NCBI GenBank assembly: GCA_964579205.1 | Contig: CAZOFH010000002.1 | Coordinates: 92,088 to 156,087 of the forward strand | Length of the DNA stretch: 64,000 nt | Origin: an uncultured Christensenella sp. | Lineage (GTDB): Bacteria; Bacillota; Clostridia; Christensenellales; UBA1242 | Direction: 5' to 3' | Shown here: positions 55,873-64,000 of the stretch, in pieces | How the letters are laid out: every line of letters starts with the position of its first letter | How positions within the stretch are numbered: position 1 is the stretch's first letter | Translations under genes and position numbers: made by a program | Notes under the pieces: model-generated | What the model saw: only the letters and a program-made list of their open reading frames with translations | Databases searched by the model: none | What the model was told of the DNA's origin: nothing

Positions 55873-57570
55873 ATGTCTTGGGATGAATTTAACAAAGCAC
55901 GTAAGGAGGCTCGCGAAGCCCAAAAGGCATTGGAGGCGGCTATGGGCGGCAAATCGTCCTCTTCGACCCAAAAGTCTAGTTCGACCCAAAAATCAACTAG
56001 CAGTTCCAAAAAATCTAGTTCGTCATCCAAAAAGAGTAGTAGTTCCAAAAAATCAAGTTCCAGTTCTAGCAAAAAATCAAGTTCGGGTTCTAGTTCTAGC
56101 AAAAAATCAAGTTCGGGTTCTAGTTCTAGCAAAAAATCTAGTACCAAAAGTTATGACTTGTCTAGTACCAATCTGAGCACGGTCTCAAAGAGTGATGTCA
56201 AAAAAGCAACCAAAAATGCAAAAACTTATCGCTGGTTGTTTGCTATTTTTGTCGTTTTGGCGATTGCGATGCTTGCGACCTTGCCATTCAGCGACTACTT
56301 TGAGTCAAAAATCAACAACACATTTGAGCAAGATGGCATTATCGTCGGTGCCGACAGTGCTCGCAACTATAGTTCATTCAATATTAGTTATGTCGATGTG
56401 CTGCAGGGGGATTGCATCCTCATCAACTTGCCTGACGGCAAAAATATGATTATCGACGCAGGTAGTTCGTTTAAGTATTACAACAAATATGGGTCTGAAA
56501 TAAAACAAAAGATTTTTGATTACATCGACACGCACCTATTTAAGGGAGCGGGGGACAGCGGGATTATCGACTATATGATTATGACCCACCCAGACTACGA
56601 CCACTTGTCGTATATGAAGGACATTTTGGCGAGGTATGATGTGGATACTATGTACCGCCCAAACACTTATTACGGTTATGATGCTAGCGAATCTACATCA
56701 AACGCAGCCGCAAAGCAGGCGTTTGAGGCTGAGGAAAGAGTACGCGCCGAAAATAACGGTGCACCGTATGTCACCGAGGATATGTACAAAAACACAAAGG
56801 ATTCTGCTGGCAAAAAGTACTATTCAGGCTATAATGTCAAGACCACCAGTTCGGTATACACCACTTTTAGTGCAATGTACAGCGAACGGTATACCTCGGG
56901 CGGAATTGTCAAAAATGCTACTGTAAAATTCTCAAAAGCGGGCGAAACAATTACCAACGATGCGTCAGTGACTGACCCTAGCAAGCAATATAAGTTCACT
57001 TTTTACGCGCCTACGAGTTTTACCACATTGTATTCTGACTGGAATAACTACTCTTGTATGATAATCCTCGAATACAACGGGCTCAAGTACTGCTTTACTG
57101 GTGACACCGAGGCGCAAGGGGAAAAGGATATCATCGCGGCTTTCGGCGATAAGTTGCCAAAAGTCGACATTATGGACGCAGGTCACCATGGTAGTGACAC
57201 CAGTAGCAGTCAGGCATTTATCGAGTTACTCAAACCAAGTGTCGTGATTTGCTCTTGTGACGACGGTACAGAATACGGGCACCCAAAACAAAGCACGCTA
57301 GACCGCTTTGTCGCTAATGGTGTGGCTCGCAACTGTATTTTTACCACACACCTCAATAGTAATATTTGCGTCGCACTCGATTATGACGACCCCGAGGTTG
57401 CGGAGGAGGTTAGCCCTTATGTTGTCGGGATAACCAAGGACGGCGAGGTGACCATTACCGAAGTGCGGTGGTGGTACTATGTCTCAGCAGGTATCGCGAT
57501 AGCGGGTGTTGTGCTGCTGATAATTATACCGACCATTATCAAGAAAGTGAAAAAAGCAACCAAAAAATAA
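55873..57570 (+). CDS. ComEC/Rec2-related metallo-beta-lactamase-fold protein with Ser/Lys-rich N-terminus and terminal TM anchors
   Basis: MBL motifs VDVLQGDCILINLPDGKNMIIDAGS, MTHPDYDH, TGDTE and DAGHHGSDTSS. TM helices at about aa 125-145 and at the C-terminus. N-terminal SSSTQKSSSTQKS...SSSKKSSSGS repeats. Confidence 0.75.
   Translation: MSWDEFNKARKEAREAQKALEAAMGGKSSSSTQKSSSTQKSTSSSKKSSSSSKKSSSSKKSSSSSSKKSSSGSSSSKKSSSGSSSSKKSSTKSYDLSSTNLSTVSKSDVKKATKNAKTYRWLFAIFVVLAIAMLATLPFSDYFESKINNTFEQDGIIVGADSARNYSSFNISYVDVLQGDCILINLPDGKNMIIDAGSSFKYYNKYGSEIKQKIFDYIDTHLFKGAGDSGIIDYMIMTHPDYDHLSYMKDILARYDVDTMYRPNTYYGYDASESTSNAAAKQAFEAEERVRAENNGAPYVTEDMYKNTKDSAGKKYYSGYNVKTTSSVYTTFSAMYSERYTSGGIVKNATVKFSKAGETITNDASVTDPSKQYKFTFYAPTSFTTLYSDWNNYSCMIILEYNGLKYCFTGDTEAQGEKDIIAAFGDKLPKVDIMDAGHHGSDTSSSQAFIELLKPSVVICSCDDGTEYGHPKQSTLDRFVANGVARNCIFTTHLNSNICVALDYDDPEVAEEVSPYVVGITKDGEVTITEVRWWYYVSAGIAIAGVVLLIIIPTIIKKVKKATKK
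56062..56138 (+). repeat. perfect 30-bp in-frame tandem repeat (2.6 copies) inside the CDS
   Basis: AGTTCTAGCAAAAAATCAAGTTCGGGTTCT occurs at 56062-56091 and 56092-56121, with a partial third copy running to 56138. It encodes SSSKKSSSGS. Confidence 0.85.
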
Positions 57571-57601
57571 TAAAAAAAGTCCATTGTGGATAAATTGTGG
57601 A

Positions 57602-57634
57602 AAACTGTAATTACATCAAATTACAGTTTTTTTG
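57602..57634 (+). terminator. rho-independent terminator
   Basis: AAACTGTAATT-ACATCA-AATTACAGTTT followed by TTTTT. Confidence 0.8.
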
Positions 57635-57766
57635 TTTATAAATATACCCAAATTTTGACGATTTTTACCGCAAAACGCGATAATTCCGTGCATAATATTT
57701 AGTCTTTTTGTATATTTATAAACTCGCAAAATTTATTAAAGTTTGTGCAAATAGTACAAACTTAAA

Positions 57767-57825
57767 ACACAATATGTAGTTGTATTCAAAATCGCTTGAC
57801 ACAAGATGTTGTGTTTGGGTATAAT
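57767..57825 (+). promoter_or_regulatory. tandem NrdR boxes overlapping the nrdDG promoter
   Basis: Box 1 is ACACAATATGTAGTTG (57767-57782) and box 2 is ACACAAGATGTTGTGT (57799-57814). Both fit the consensus acaCwAtATaTwGtgt, and their centres are 32 bp apart. TTGACA (57796-57801) and TATAAT (57820-57825) overlap box 2. Confidence 0.8.
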
Positions 57826-57861
57826 TTGTATGTAATAAAAATTAAGGAGCAAAAGACGAAA

Positions 57862-60015
57862 ATGATTCAACAAGTACTCAAAAGAGATGGAACTTATCAA
57901 GATTTTAACCTAGACAAGATTGCGGACGCGATTTACAAAGCCGCAGTGGCTTGCAACGGTAGCGATTATGCCACTGCCAAGTCGCTGGCGGAAAAAGTCG
58001 TAGAGTTAATCAAAAAGAGACACGGCGACAACATCCCGACCGTCGAGCAAATCCAAGACGCAGTCGAGTATACCTTGATCGAGAATAGGCACTCTCAGAC
58101 CGCCAAGGCATATATCCTTTATCGTGAGAAGCGTAAGAGCGCGCGCGAGAAAAACGCTCTCGTGGGTGCGACCATCGACCTTTTTGACAAATATATCGAC
58201 GAGACCGACTGGGCGACCAAGGAAAATGCTAATATGCAGCGTAGTGTCGCCGGGCTAAACAACTACGTACGTGAAGAGTTTACCAAGAATTATTGGCTAA
58301 ACGAAGTCTATCCTGTCAACGTTCGTGAGGCTCATTTGAGCGGAGATATTCACTTGCACGACCTGGGCTTTTTCGGCAGCTACTGCGTAGGGTGGGACTT
58401 GGCACAACTTTTGACCGTCGGTTTTACCGGTGTTGAGGGCAAGATTTCGTCTAGCCCAGCCAAGCACCTGCGCAGTTTCTTGGGGCAGGTGACCAATGCG
58501 ACTTTTACCCTGCAGGGTGAGAGTGCTGGCGCGCAGGCGTGGAGCAGTTTTGATACTTATTGTGCGCCATTCATAGCATATGACAACCTAAGTTACGAGG
58601 AGGTCGTCCAGATCCTGCAGGGCTTTGTATTCAATATGAATGTTGCGACCCGCGTAGGTTTTCAGTGTCCGTTTAGCAATATCACTCTTGATATCAAGGT
58701 GCATCCATTGCTAAAAGACCGTCCTGTCATCATCGGTGGCGAGCCTCAAGACCGTACTTATGGCGAATTCCAAAAAGAAATGGATATGTTTAACCTCGCT
58801 CTGTGCGAAGTTTTGGCAAAAGGTGACGCCAATGGTAGGATTTTTACCTTCCCAATCCCTACTATCAATGTTACCAAAGACCTTGATTGGGATAGCCCTG
58901 TTGTAAACGCCATTATGGACATCACTTGCAAATACGGCATCCCGTATTTTGCCAACTATATAAACTCGACTCTCAGCCCAGAGGACGCGCTGTCAATGTG
59001 CTGCCGTCTGCGTCTGGATTTGAGTGAATTGCGTAAGCGCGGTGGTGGACTGTTTGGCTCAAACCCTCTCACAGGCTCTATCGGCGTCGTGACTATCAAC
59101 TTGCCTCGTATCGGTTACCTCTCAAAGACCAAAGAGGAGTTTAAAAAGCGCGTGATAGAACTTGCCGAAATCGCAAAGACCAGCCTCGAGATAAAGAGAA
59201 AGATGATCGAGAAGCAGACAGAAAACGGGCTTTACCCATATTCAGCATTTTACCTCAAGGGCGTAAAAGAGCGCTCTGGCTCATATTGGGCAAACCACTT
59301 CGCCACAATCGGGGTAAACGGTATGAACGAAGCCTTGCTCAACCTCTTTGGCAAAGATATTACCACCCCAGAGGGGCAGGAATTCGCTATCGAGGTGATG
59401 AACCTGTTGCGCGAAAAAATGGTGGAATTCCAAAACGAAACTGGCAACCAGTACAACCTCGAGGCGACCCCCGCAGAGGGTGTGTCAGCGAGACTCGCTA
59501 GACTAGACAAGGCGCGTTTCCCTGATATCATTACTAGCGGTGACAAAGAGCCTTATTACACAAACTCTACCCAAATCCCCGTAGGCTACACCGATGACAT
59601 TTTTGAGGTAGTCCGCCTCCAAGATAAATTGCAGTCGCTCTACACCGGTGGTACTGTGCTGCACCTTTACCTCGGCGAAAAAATCAACGATCGCGAAGTC
59701 TGCAAGAACCTAATCAAAAAGATTTTCTCTACCAGCGAGATGCCATACATCAGTATCACGCCTACATTCAGCGTTTGCCCTACACACGGCTACATCGCAG
59801 GCGAGCACTTTGAGTGCCCTCACTGCCACCAATCTAGCGAAGTTTGGTCACGCGTGGTCGGCTACTTCCGCTGTGTAAAGGATTTTAACAAGTCAAAGCA
59901 GGCTGAGTATATGGACAGAAAGAAATTCGTCATCCGCCCAGAAGAGGTGATGGATGCTGAAGAGTTGGAGCAGTACAACCGCGAAAAAGCAGGCTTGAGC
60001 GCGAGCGCTAGTTAG
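57862..60015 (+). CDS. nrdD: anaerobic ribonucleoside-triphosphate reductase NrdD
   Basis: N-terminal ATP-cone (VLKRDGTYQDFNLDKI), a C-terminal Zn site (CPTHGY...CPHC) and the glycyl-radical motif RVVGYF. Start at ATG 57862 behind AAGGAG. Confidence 0.95.
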   Translation: MIQQVLKRDGTYQDFNLDKIADAIYKAAVACNGSDYATAKSLAEKVVELIKKRHGDNIPTVEQIQDAVEYTLIENRHSQTAKAYILYREKRKSAREKNALVGATIDLFDKYIDETDWATKENANMQRSVAGLNNYVREEFTKNYWLNEVYPVNVREAHLSGDIHLHDLGFFGSYCVGWDLAQLLTVGFTGVEGKISSSPAKHLRSFLGQVTNATFTLQGESAGAQAWSSFDTYCAPFIAYDNLSYEEVVQILQGFVFNMNVATRVGFQCPFSNITLDIKVHPLLKDRPVIIGGEPQDRTYGEFQKEMDMFNLALCEVLAKGDANGRIFTFPIPTINVTKDLDWDSPVVNAIMDITCKYGIPYFANYINSTLSPEDALSMCCRLRLDLSELRKRGGGLFGSNPLTGSIGVVTINLPRIGYLSKTKEEFKKRVIELAEIAKTSLEIKRKMIEKQTENGLYPYSAFYLKGVKERSGSYWANHFATIGVNGMNEALLNLFGKDITTPEGQEFAIEVMNLLREKMVEFQNETGNQYNLEATPAEGVSARLARLDKARFPDIITSGDKEPYYTNSTQIPVGYTDDIFEVVRLQDKLQSLYTGGTVLHLYLGEKINDREVCKNLIKKIFSTSEMPYISITPTFSVCPTHGYIAGEHFECPHCHQSSEVWSRVVGYFRCVKDFNKSKQAEYMDRKKFVIRPEEVMDAEELEQYNREKAGLSASAS

Positions 60016-60020
60016 TCATT

Positions 60021-60683
60021 ATGAAAATAGTCAAATTTATCAAAAATTCCCTCATCGACTTTCCCGCAAAAATCGCGACGGTGATTTTTACCAACGGTTG
60101 CAACTGGGACTGCTGGTATTGCCAAAACAAAAAAATCCTCACCGATACGCGCGATTTGAGTAATGAGTTTTTTGAATACCTCGAGAGTCGTAGGGGGTGG
60201 ATAGATGGAGTGGTTGTTTGCGGCGGCGAGCCAACTATTCACAGCGATTTGCCCGAGTTTTGCCGCAGGATAAAGGCTATGGGCTTTGCGGTCAAACTGG
60301 ATACCAATGGCACCAACCCGCGAATATTAGCCGCGCTGATTGAGCAAAATTTGCTCGATTATGTCGCAATGGATATCAAAGCCCCTCTCCGCAAATTGCC
60401 TACAATGGTGCATTCGACCCGCTCGGTTGACCTTATCCCTGAGTCTATCCAAATTTTGGTCAACTCTCAACTTGATTACGAATTTCGCACTACTGTTACC
60501 CCAGACCTCACGGTAGAGGATATTGGGAGAATGGCGCAGATGCTCAAAGGCGCAAAGCGCTACTATTTGCAGCAGTATCACAAACCGCATATTAGCCCCA
60601 ACGAGCCCGAACCTCTAGCCATTGAAATTTTGCAGCAAATGTGTGCCGTGGCGAATGAAACTGTGCCCACTCGTATCCGCTAA
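60021..60683 (+). CDS. nrdG: anaerobic RNR activating protein (radical SAM) NrdG
   Basis: CNWDCWYC (CxxxCxxC) and the GGEP motif VVCGGEPT. Lies directly downstream of nrdD. Confidence 0.9.
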   Translation: MKIVKFIKNSLIDFPAKIATVIFTNGCNWDCWYCQNKKILTDTRDLSNEFFEYLESRRGWIDGVVVCGGEPTIHSDLPEFCRRIKAMGFAVKLDTNGTNPRILAALIEQNLLDYVAMDIKAPLRKLPTMVHSTRSVDLIPESIQILVNSQLDYEFRTTVTPDLTVEDIGRMAQMLKGAKRYYLQQYHKPHISPNEPEPLAIEILQQMCAVANETVPTRIR

Positions 60684-60747
60684 GGTGTGGATATGGCGGC
60701 AAAAACAGGCGGCTCACCGCGCGCTCTTGCGTGGTGAAAAGTAATAA

Positions 60748-60787
60748 ACCAAACAAAAAAGACCGCGCAAGGTCTTTTTTGTTTGGT
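60748..60787. terminator. bidirectional rho-independent terminator
   Basis: ACCAAACAAAAAAGACC-GCGCAA-GGTCTTTTTTGTTTGGT. Confidence 0.8.
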
Positions 60788-60846
60788 ATTTGGTCAGTTT
60801 TTGGGTAAAAAGGTGGCAAAATCTGATTTTTGGCGGATTTGGCGAA

Positions 60847-61449
60847 TTATTCCGCTGTAGGTGCTTGCGACTGCTCTACGATATTGTCTGTGGTGGCAGG
60901 GATAGGGGTAGGGATGTGCTTGCCTTCCGCTTTGCGCGTCTTTTTGAAAAACTTTTTGATGACGCGAGTCAATTTGCTGACTGCTTTGCTACTCCTAAAA
61001 GTGCTGCAATTTAGCATCATATCGCTCTTTTCGACATAGAGTTTGTCACAATCGGTAAAATTTAGTTCGGTGAGGTCTTTGTCGATTACGTCAGCAGAAA
61101 ATTTTGCGCGTTTTTCAAAAAATTTGGGCGCAATCTGCAGGTATATTACATAACTTGTTTGGCTCAGCACCTCGTAGTTTTGCCCGCTAAACATCGTAGT
61201 AGGGCTGAGGCTGATGATAGTGTTTTCAAATCCTGCGACATTCGATACTACTTTGTCCTCGCATTTTTTGATATAAGCAGCCCCCTCTTGGTCGCCCAAA
61301 GTCTCATTGATATGCTCTGCATCGCCCAATTCAAACTCGACCATTTCGTCCACATCGACAAAAAACATCTCCAATTTTTCGCTCAGCAACTCGGCGACTT
61401 CGTTTGAGTAATTATTCAGCAAACATATTAATGCGATATTTGTTTTCAT
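60847..61449 (-). CDS. shikimate-kinase-fold protein lacking the P-loop
   Basis: MKTNIALICLLNNYSNEVAELLSEKLEMFFVDVDEMVE...EGAAYIKKCEDKVV aligns by eye with AroK ([35 protein letters not shown]...EGFRDREEKVI). GxxGxGKS is replaced by CLLNNYSNE. Start at ATG 61449 behind GAGGT. Confidence 0.55.
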   Translation of the reverse strand: MKTNIALICLLNNYSNEVAELLSEKLEMFFVDVDEMVEFELGDAEHINETLGDQEGAAYIKKCEDKVVSNVAGFENTIISLSPTTMFSGQNYEVLSQTSYVIYLQIAPKFFEKRAKFSADVIDKDLTELNFTDCDKLYVEKSDMMLNCSTFRSSKAVSKLTRVIKKFFKKTRKAEGKHIPTPIPATTDNIVEQSQAPTAE

Positions 61450-61613
61450 TACTTTACCTCTCAAAAACTGACTATCAGTTATTCTAATATAACAAATTTT
61501 ATTAAAATAATCAAACAAAAATCACATAAAAAAGTAAATTTTACAAAATAATGCATATTTTTTGGGCATATTTTCTTTTTTCCGACAACGGGGATGTCTA
61601 TTACCTCTGTATA

Positions 61614-61680
61614 GGGGGCGGCTTGCCGTGGGGGCTCTCAACTGTTGAGATACCTAGGCTATGCCGCGGTAATGGCACTC
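61614..61680. repeat. GC-rich intergenic element sharing a 15-mer with 36642-36656
   Basis: GGGGGCGGCTTGCCG at 61614-61628 is identical to 36642-36656. The hairpin TCTCAA-CTG-TTGAGA follows. Confidence 0.55.
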
Positions 61681-61846
61681 AACAAAAAAAGGCCTCGCAA
61701 GGTCTTTTGAGTAGTTTTTCTGTTGCGGCAAAAAGTCGTTACCTTATTTGACTTCTTTTAGCGTCGAGGATTTTTTAAGTCGGCTTTGTGCTATCACATA
61801 TTATGTAAGATAAGTTACCATAGCCCACAAAACTAAAGGGCGGGAC

Positions 61847-62389
61847 TCAACTCAATAGGTTGGTGTAGACAAATTCATAAAAGTTCGGCGCTTTGGTAGT
61901 CCAAATTTCCACCGCCTTGACCGCGTCGGCACGAGTCTGCATATTGATTTTGATTTCAAACATTGGCTCACTGTTGGCGGTCTCGATGATTTGCAGAGTG
62001 ACGAGATAACTGCCGTCGCTATTTTTTGTAAAATCTGCCACATATTCCTGCAAACGCTTGAAATACATTCGATTGGTCTTGCAAAATTCACTGATTGATT
62101 TGCGCAATTCTTCAGGCACTTCTTCGTAATAGATTCCCAAGCCACTGCGCCCTTTGGCAGTTAGGGTATAACGGCACCTCTTGTTATCCTGTGCATCGGG
62201 CGTGTAGATAAAACCGTCCCTCATTAGGTCGTGAAAAACGCTCACGCACTCCATATAGTTTATCCAGTCGTTGCGCGTGGTGCAAATGTCGAGGATAAAT
62301 TGCTCGGTGAGTGGTATCTCTATCTGCTCTAGCATATACAGTAACATCAATTTGGTCTCAAAATCATCATTGCTAAATTCTAGTTTCAC
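61847..62389 (-). CDS. DUF4364-like putative wHTH protein
   Basis: GTG 62389 sits behind AGGAGG. The N-terminal KLMLLYMLEQIEIPLTEQFILDI...YMECVSVFHDLMRDGFI resembles the DUF4364 family as I recall it. This is not verified by a search. Confidence 0.45.
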   Translation of the reverse strand: MKLEFSNDDFETKLMLLYMLEQIEIPLTEQFILDICTTRNDWINYMECVSVFHDLMRDGFIYTPDAQDNKRCRYTLTAKGRSGLGIYYEEVPEELRKSISEFCKTNRMYFKRLQEYVADFTKNSDGSYLVTLQIIETANSEPMFEIKINMQTRADAVKAVEIWTTKAPNFYEFVYTNLLS

Positions 62390-62557
62390 TTTTGTGCCTC
62401 CTAATAAAACAAGGCTATTATAGCACACATATGGGGTTTTAGGCAATCAAAATGCATTTTTATTTTCAAAAGTTTTTTGAATTAGCGAAAATCATTTTTA
62501 TTTTTGCACGAATTATGATAAAATATTACTATACAAAAAATAGGGGAAATGTAATAT

Positions 62558-63343
62558 ATGGCTACAAAAGAACAATTTGAGGCGTTTTACAACGCTTGTC
62601 AAGAACTCAAAAAATCAAAGATAATTTTGGCTGATGCCAAGGTCAGCGCTATCGTGCGGAGCGTGGTGTCGTCGCCTGCATTAGTCGAAGTGGTGGGCGA
62701 AACTTTGGTCGGCTACAACTTTTTGAATACTTTGGACAACCTCACTCGCAACAAGCAAAATGCGATTTTGCCGTCAGAACCGCGCAAAGTCATCGCGTTT
62801 GTATTCAGTCTGCTGAGCGAAATCGACGCGCGCAGGATTGATTTGCAAGAGTTTGTCGACCAATATTTCAAGGCGGATACGCTGGCAGAGAGTTTTGAGC
62901 GGTTTAATGCCGAACTTATCGAGCCCTTCTGTAGGTACCTGTGCGACTGGGTGAATGGTGAACTCGGGGATGATTATGATGAGTTTTGCGACGATGAAGA
63001 CGATGACGACGAAGAAGATGATGAGGACGACGAAATCGAGGCTGACGATCAAGTCACTGATATTGGCGCTATCGACAAAGTAGAGCAGTTTTTTGACGAT
63101 GTCCGCATCATTCTCACGCAAATTCGTGAAACTATCGCTTTAGATAGCAAAATCAAGCCCGACCGTATGGCTGACCTAAATATCACTATTAATGCTAGCA
63201 TAGAGGCTGTGGACCTGCAAAATCTCAAGATTTTTAATGCACTGCTTATCAGTCTGAATAATCTCTTGCATTCGGTAAAGAGTGTGCGATTTTATAATAT
63301 GGAATTGCAAAATCGCGTAGCAGATTTTTATAACATAGACTGA
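62558..63343 (+). CDS. acidic protein with poly-Asp/Glu segment, function unknown
   Basis: 261-aa ORF with AGGGGAAA RBS and a central DDYDEFCDDEDDDDEEDDEDDEIEADD segment. Confidence 0.55.
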   Translation: MATKEQFEAFYNACQELKKSKIILADAKVSAIVRSVVSSPALVEVVGETLVGYNFLNTLDNLTRNKQNAILPSEPRKVIAFVFSLLSEIDARRIDLQEFVDQYFKADTLAESFERFNAELIEPFCRYLCDWVNGELGDDYDEFCDDEDDDDEEDDEDDEIEADDQVTDIGAIDKVEQFFDDVRIILTQIRETIALDSKIKPDRMADLNITINASIEAVDLQNLKIFNALLISLNNLLHSVKSVRFYNMELQNRVADFYNID

Positions 63344-63370
63344 TTTTGTAGCGAAAAAGCGTTTCTATTT

Positions 63371-63400
63371 TGCTAGCAGGGCGCCTGCGGCAAGCCGCCC
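63371..63400. repeat. truncated copy of the GGCAAGCCGC-type GC-rich element
   Basis: CAGGGCGCCTGCGGCAAGCCGCC. The 11-mer CGGCAAGCCGC (63388-63398) also occurs at 36719-36729, and in reverse orientation at 1273-1283, 36646-36656 and 61618-61628. Confidence 0.5.
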
Positions 63401-63420
63401 AAAGATGCACACTTTTCTCT

Positions 63421-63472
63421 ATAATATATAAGGATAATACCAATCTATATAATAATATATAAAGATTATACC
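63421..63472. repeat. two 21-bp AT-rich direct repeats, 31 bp apart
   Basis: ATAATATATAAGGATAATACC (63421-63441) and ATAATATATAAAGATTATACC (63452-63472) are 19/21 identical. They lie about 100-150 bp upstream of the 63568 start. Confidence 0.5.
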
Positions 63473-63567
63473 CGAATACCACCCATACAGTTAAAATAAC
63501 AAAATTTGTAGAAAATAAACCAGAAATATACACATAATAAGAATAAGAAAGGAAAAACAAAGGGAAA

Positions 63568-64000
63568 ATGAAGAAAAACGACTCAAGCGCCTCCTCGCGT
63601 GAGCGGGTGAATGATAGCGAAATCAATGTCAATCAGCGGCAAGCCACCAATATCGTCACAAAAACGATATTGACGCTCGTCATAGCGATGCTTTTTACCT
63701 TTGTCACATTGTTTGTGTTGTTCAATTTTGTGTGTCCGACTACGCCTATGGGGAGCGAATCGTATGCGCTGAGTAGTAGCACGACATATTACAAGAGCGG
63801 GAGTAGTTTTTACACACGGAGTTCGGCTACATATTACAAATGTACCAATAGTAGTCACAGTGGTACCAACAAATATTCGAGCAGCAGTGATTTGAGCGGC
63901 ACCTGCTACACAAGGTCTGGCACCTGCTCGACCTGTAATGGTAGTGGTTCGCGTACCAAGAGTACCTACCACAGTTGCTCAAAAACCGAAAATGTGACTT
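63568..64000 (+). CDS. membrane-anchored Ser/Thr/Tyr/Cys-rich protein, partial (runs off window end)
   Basis: Hand translation from ATG 63568 (behind AAAGGGAAA) stays open to the window end: MKKNDSSASSRERVNDSEINVNQRQATNIVTKTILTLVIAMLFTFVTLFVLFNFVCP...GTCSTCNGSGSRT.... It has one TM and a CxxCxGxG motif. It is not in the ORF track because it lacks a stop in the window. Confidence 0.5.
   Translation, partial: MKKNDSSASSRERVNDSEINVNQRQATNIVTKTILTLVIAMLFTFVTLFVLFNFVCPTTPMGSESYALSSSTTYYKSGSSFYTRSSATYYKCTNSSHSGTNKYSSSSDLSGTCYTRSGTCSTCNGSGSRTKSTYHSCSKTENVT

Noticed and set aside
55707-56147. 146-aa minus-strand ORF with striking LDFLLELEPE repeats.
   Set aside because: It is the mirror image of the plus-strand Ser/Lys tandem repeat in a gene with a solid MBL domain. 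The periodicity is inherited from the DNA repeat.
53560-57570. A genomic island integrated at the tmRNA 3' end, or a patatin-based defence system (CBASS-like) formed by the patatin and MBL genes.
   Set aside because: There is no integrase, no visible duplication of the ssrA 3' end, and no cyclase, sensor or nucleotide-signalling gene. The genes are separated by their own terminators and look like independent housekeeping or envelope genes.
63583-63972. 129-aa minus-strand ORF from the track.
   Set aside because: It has no RBS and a Thr/Arg/Gly-rich product that looks like nonsense. The plus strand carries a better-supported partial ORF with an SD, a TM helix and a Cys motif.

Overview
This is a densely coding core-chromosome segment from an endospore-forming Firmicute. 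It looks Clostridia-like, but the exact taxon cannot be determined by eye.

Recognisable blocks, in order:
- TetR fragment, a small membrane protein and a decayed ABC ATPase stub
- tRNA-Arg(CCG), dut, degV and a TrmH-family methyltransferase
- tRNA-Gly(CCC) and a GNAT acetyltransferase
- ctsR-mcsA-clpC, with a textbook CtsR operator but no mcsB
- a small acidic protein plus an intracellular-type S8 subtilase, followed by spoIIAA-spoIIAB-sigF
- nth, then obg-yhbY
- a lipoprotein, spoIVA and a 1501-aa repeat-rich surface lipoprotein
- a Cys-containing protein behind a mother-cell-type promoter
- metallophosphoesterase-rsmH-ftsL-like-classB PBP-murE-mraY-murD-ftsW/spoVE, a dcw cluster with no mraZ and no murF
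- mnmA, a TM2 protein, gap and a GT-like protein, all on the minus strand
- a murJ/spoVB-like flippase, a divergent HU plus a canonical HU, dus and a Na/Pi transporter
- pgk-tpiA-gpmI and secG-rnr-smpB-ssrA
- a patatin-like lipase and a ComEC-like MBL protein
- nrdD-nrdG behind tandem NrdR boxes
- a shikimate-kinase-like protein without a P-loop, a DUF4364-like protein, and two proteins of unknown function

I found no rRNA, CRISPR array, transposase, integrase, prophage or recognisable defence or toxin system, so most of the window is ordinary housekeeping and sporulation DNA.

The most unusual signal is a family of very GC-rich intergenic hairpin-cluster elements. They share sequence boxes, and their stems change in a compensatory way between copies. 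Exact 15-18-nt matches recur tens of kb apart, and I cannot assign the family to any named repeat or ncRNA family.

Secondary oddities:
- a tmRNA tag reading frame that ends in AYAY instead of ALAA
- an orphan mcsA
- an extra segment of about 100 aa in the central loop of the MurJ/SpoVB-like flippase
- a P-loop-less shikimate-kinase homologue
- Lys/Ser-rich low-complexity tails on several otherwise ordinary proteins
- G9 homopolymer tracts inside GC-rich inserts, one of them in the middle of the dcw cluster
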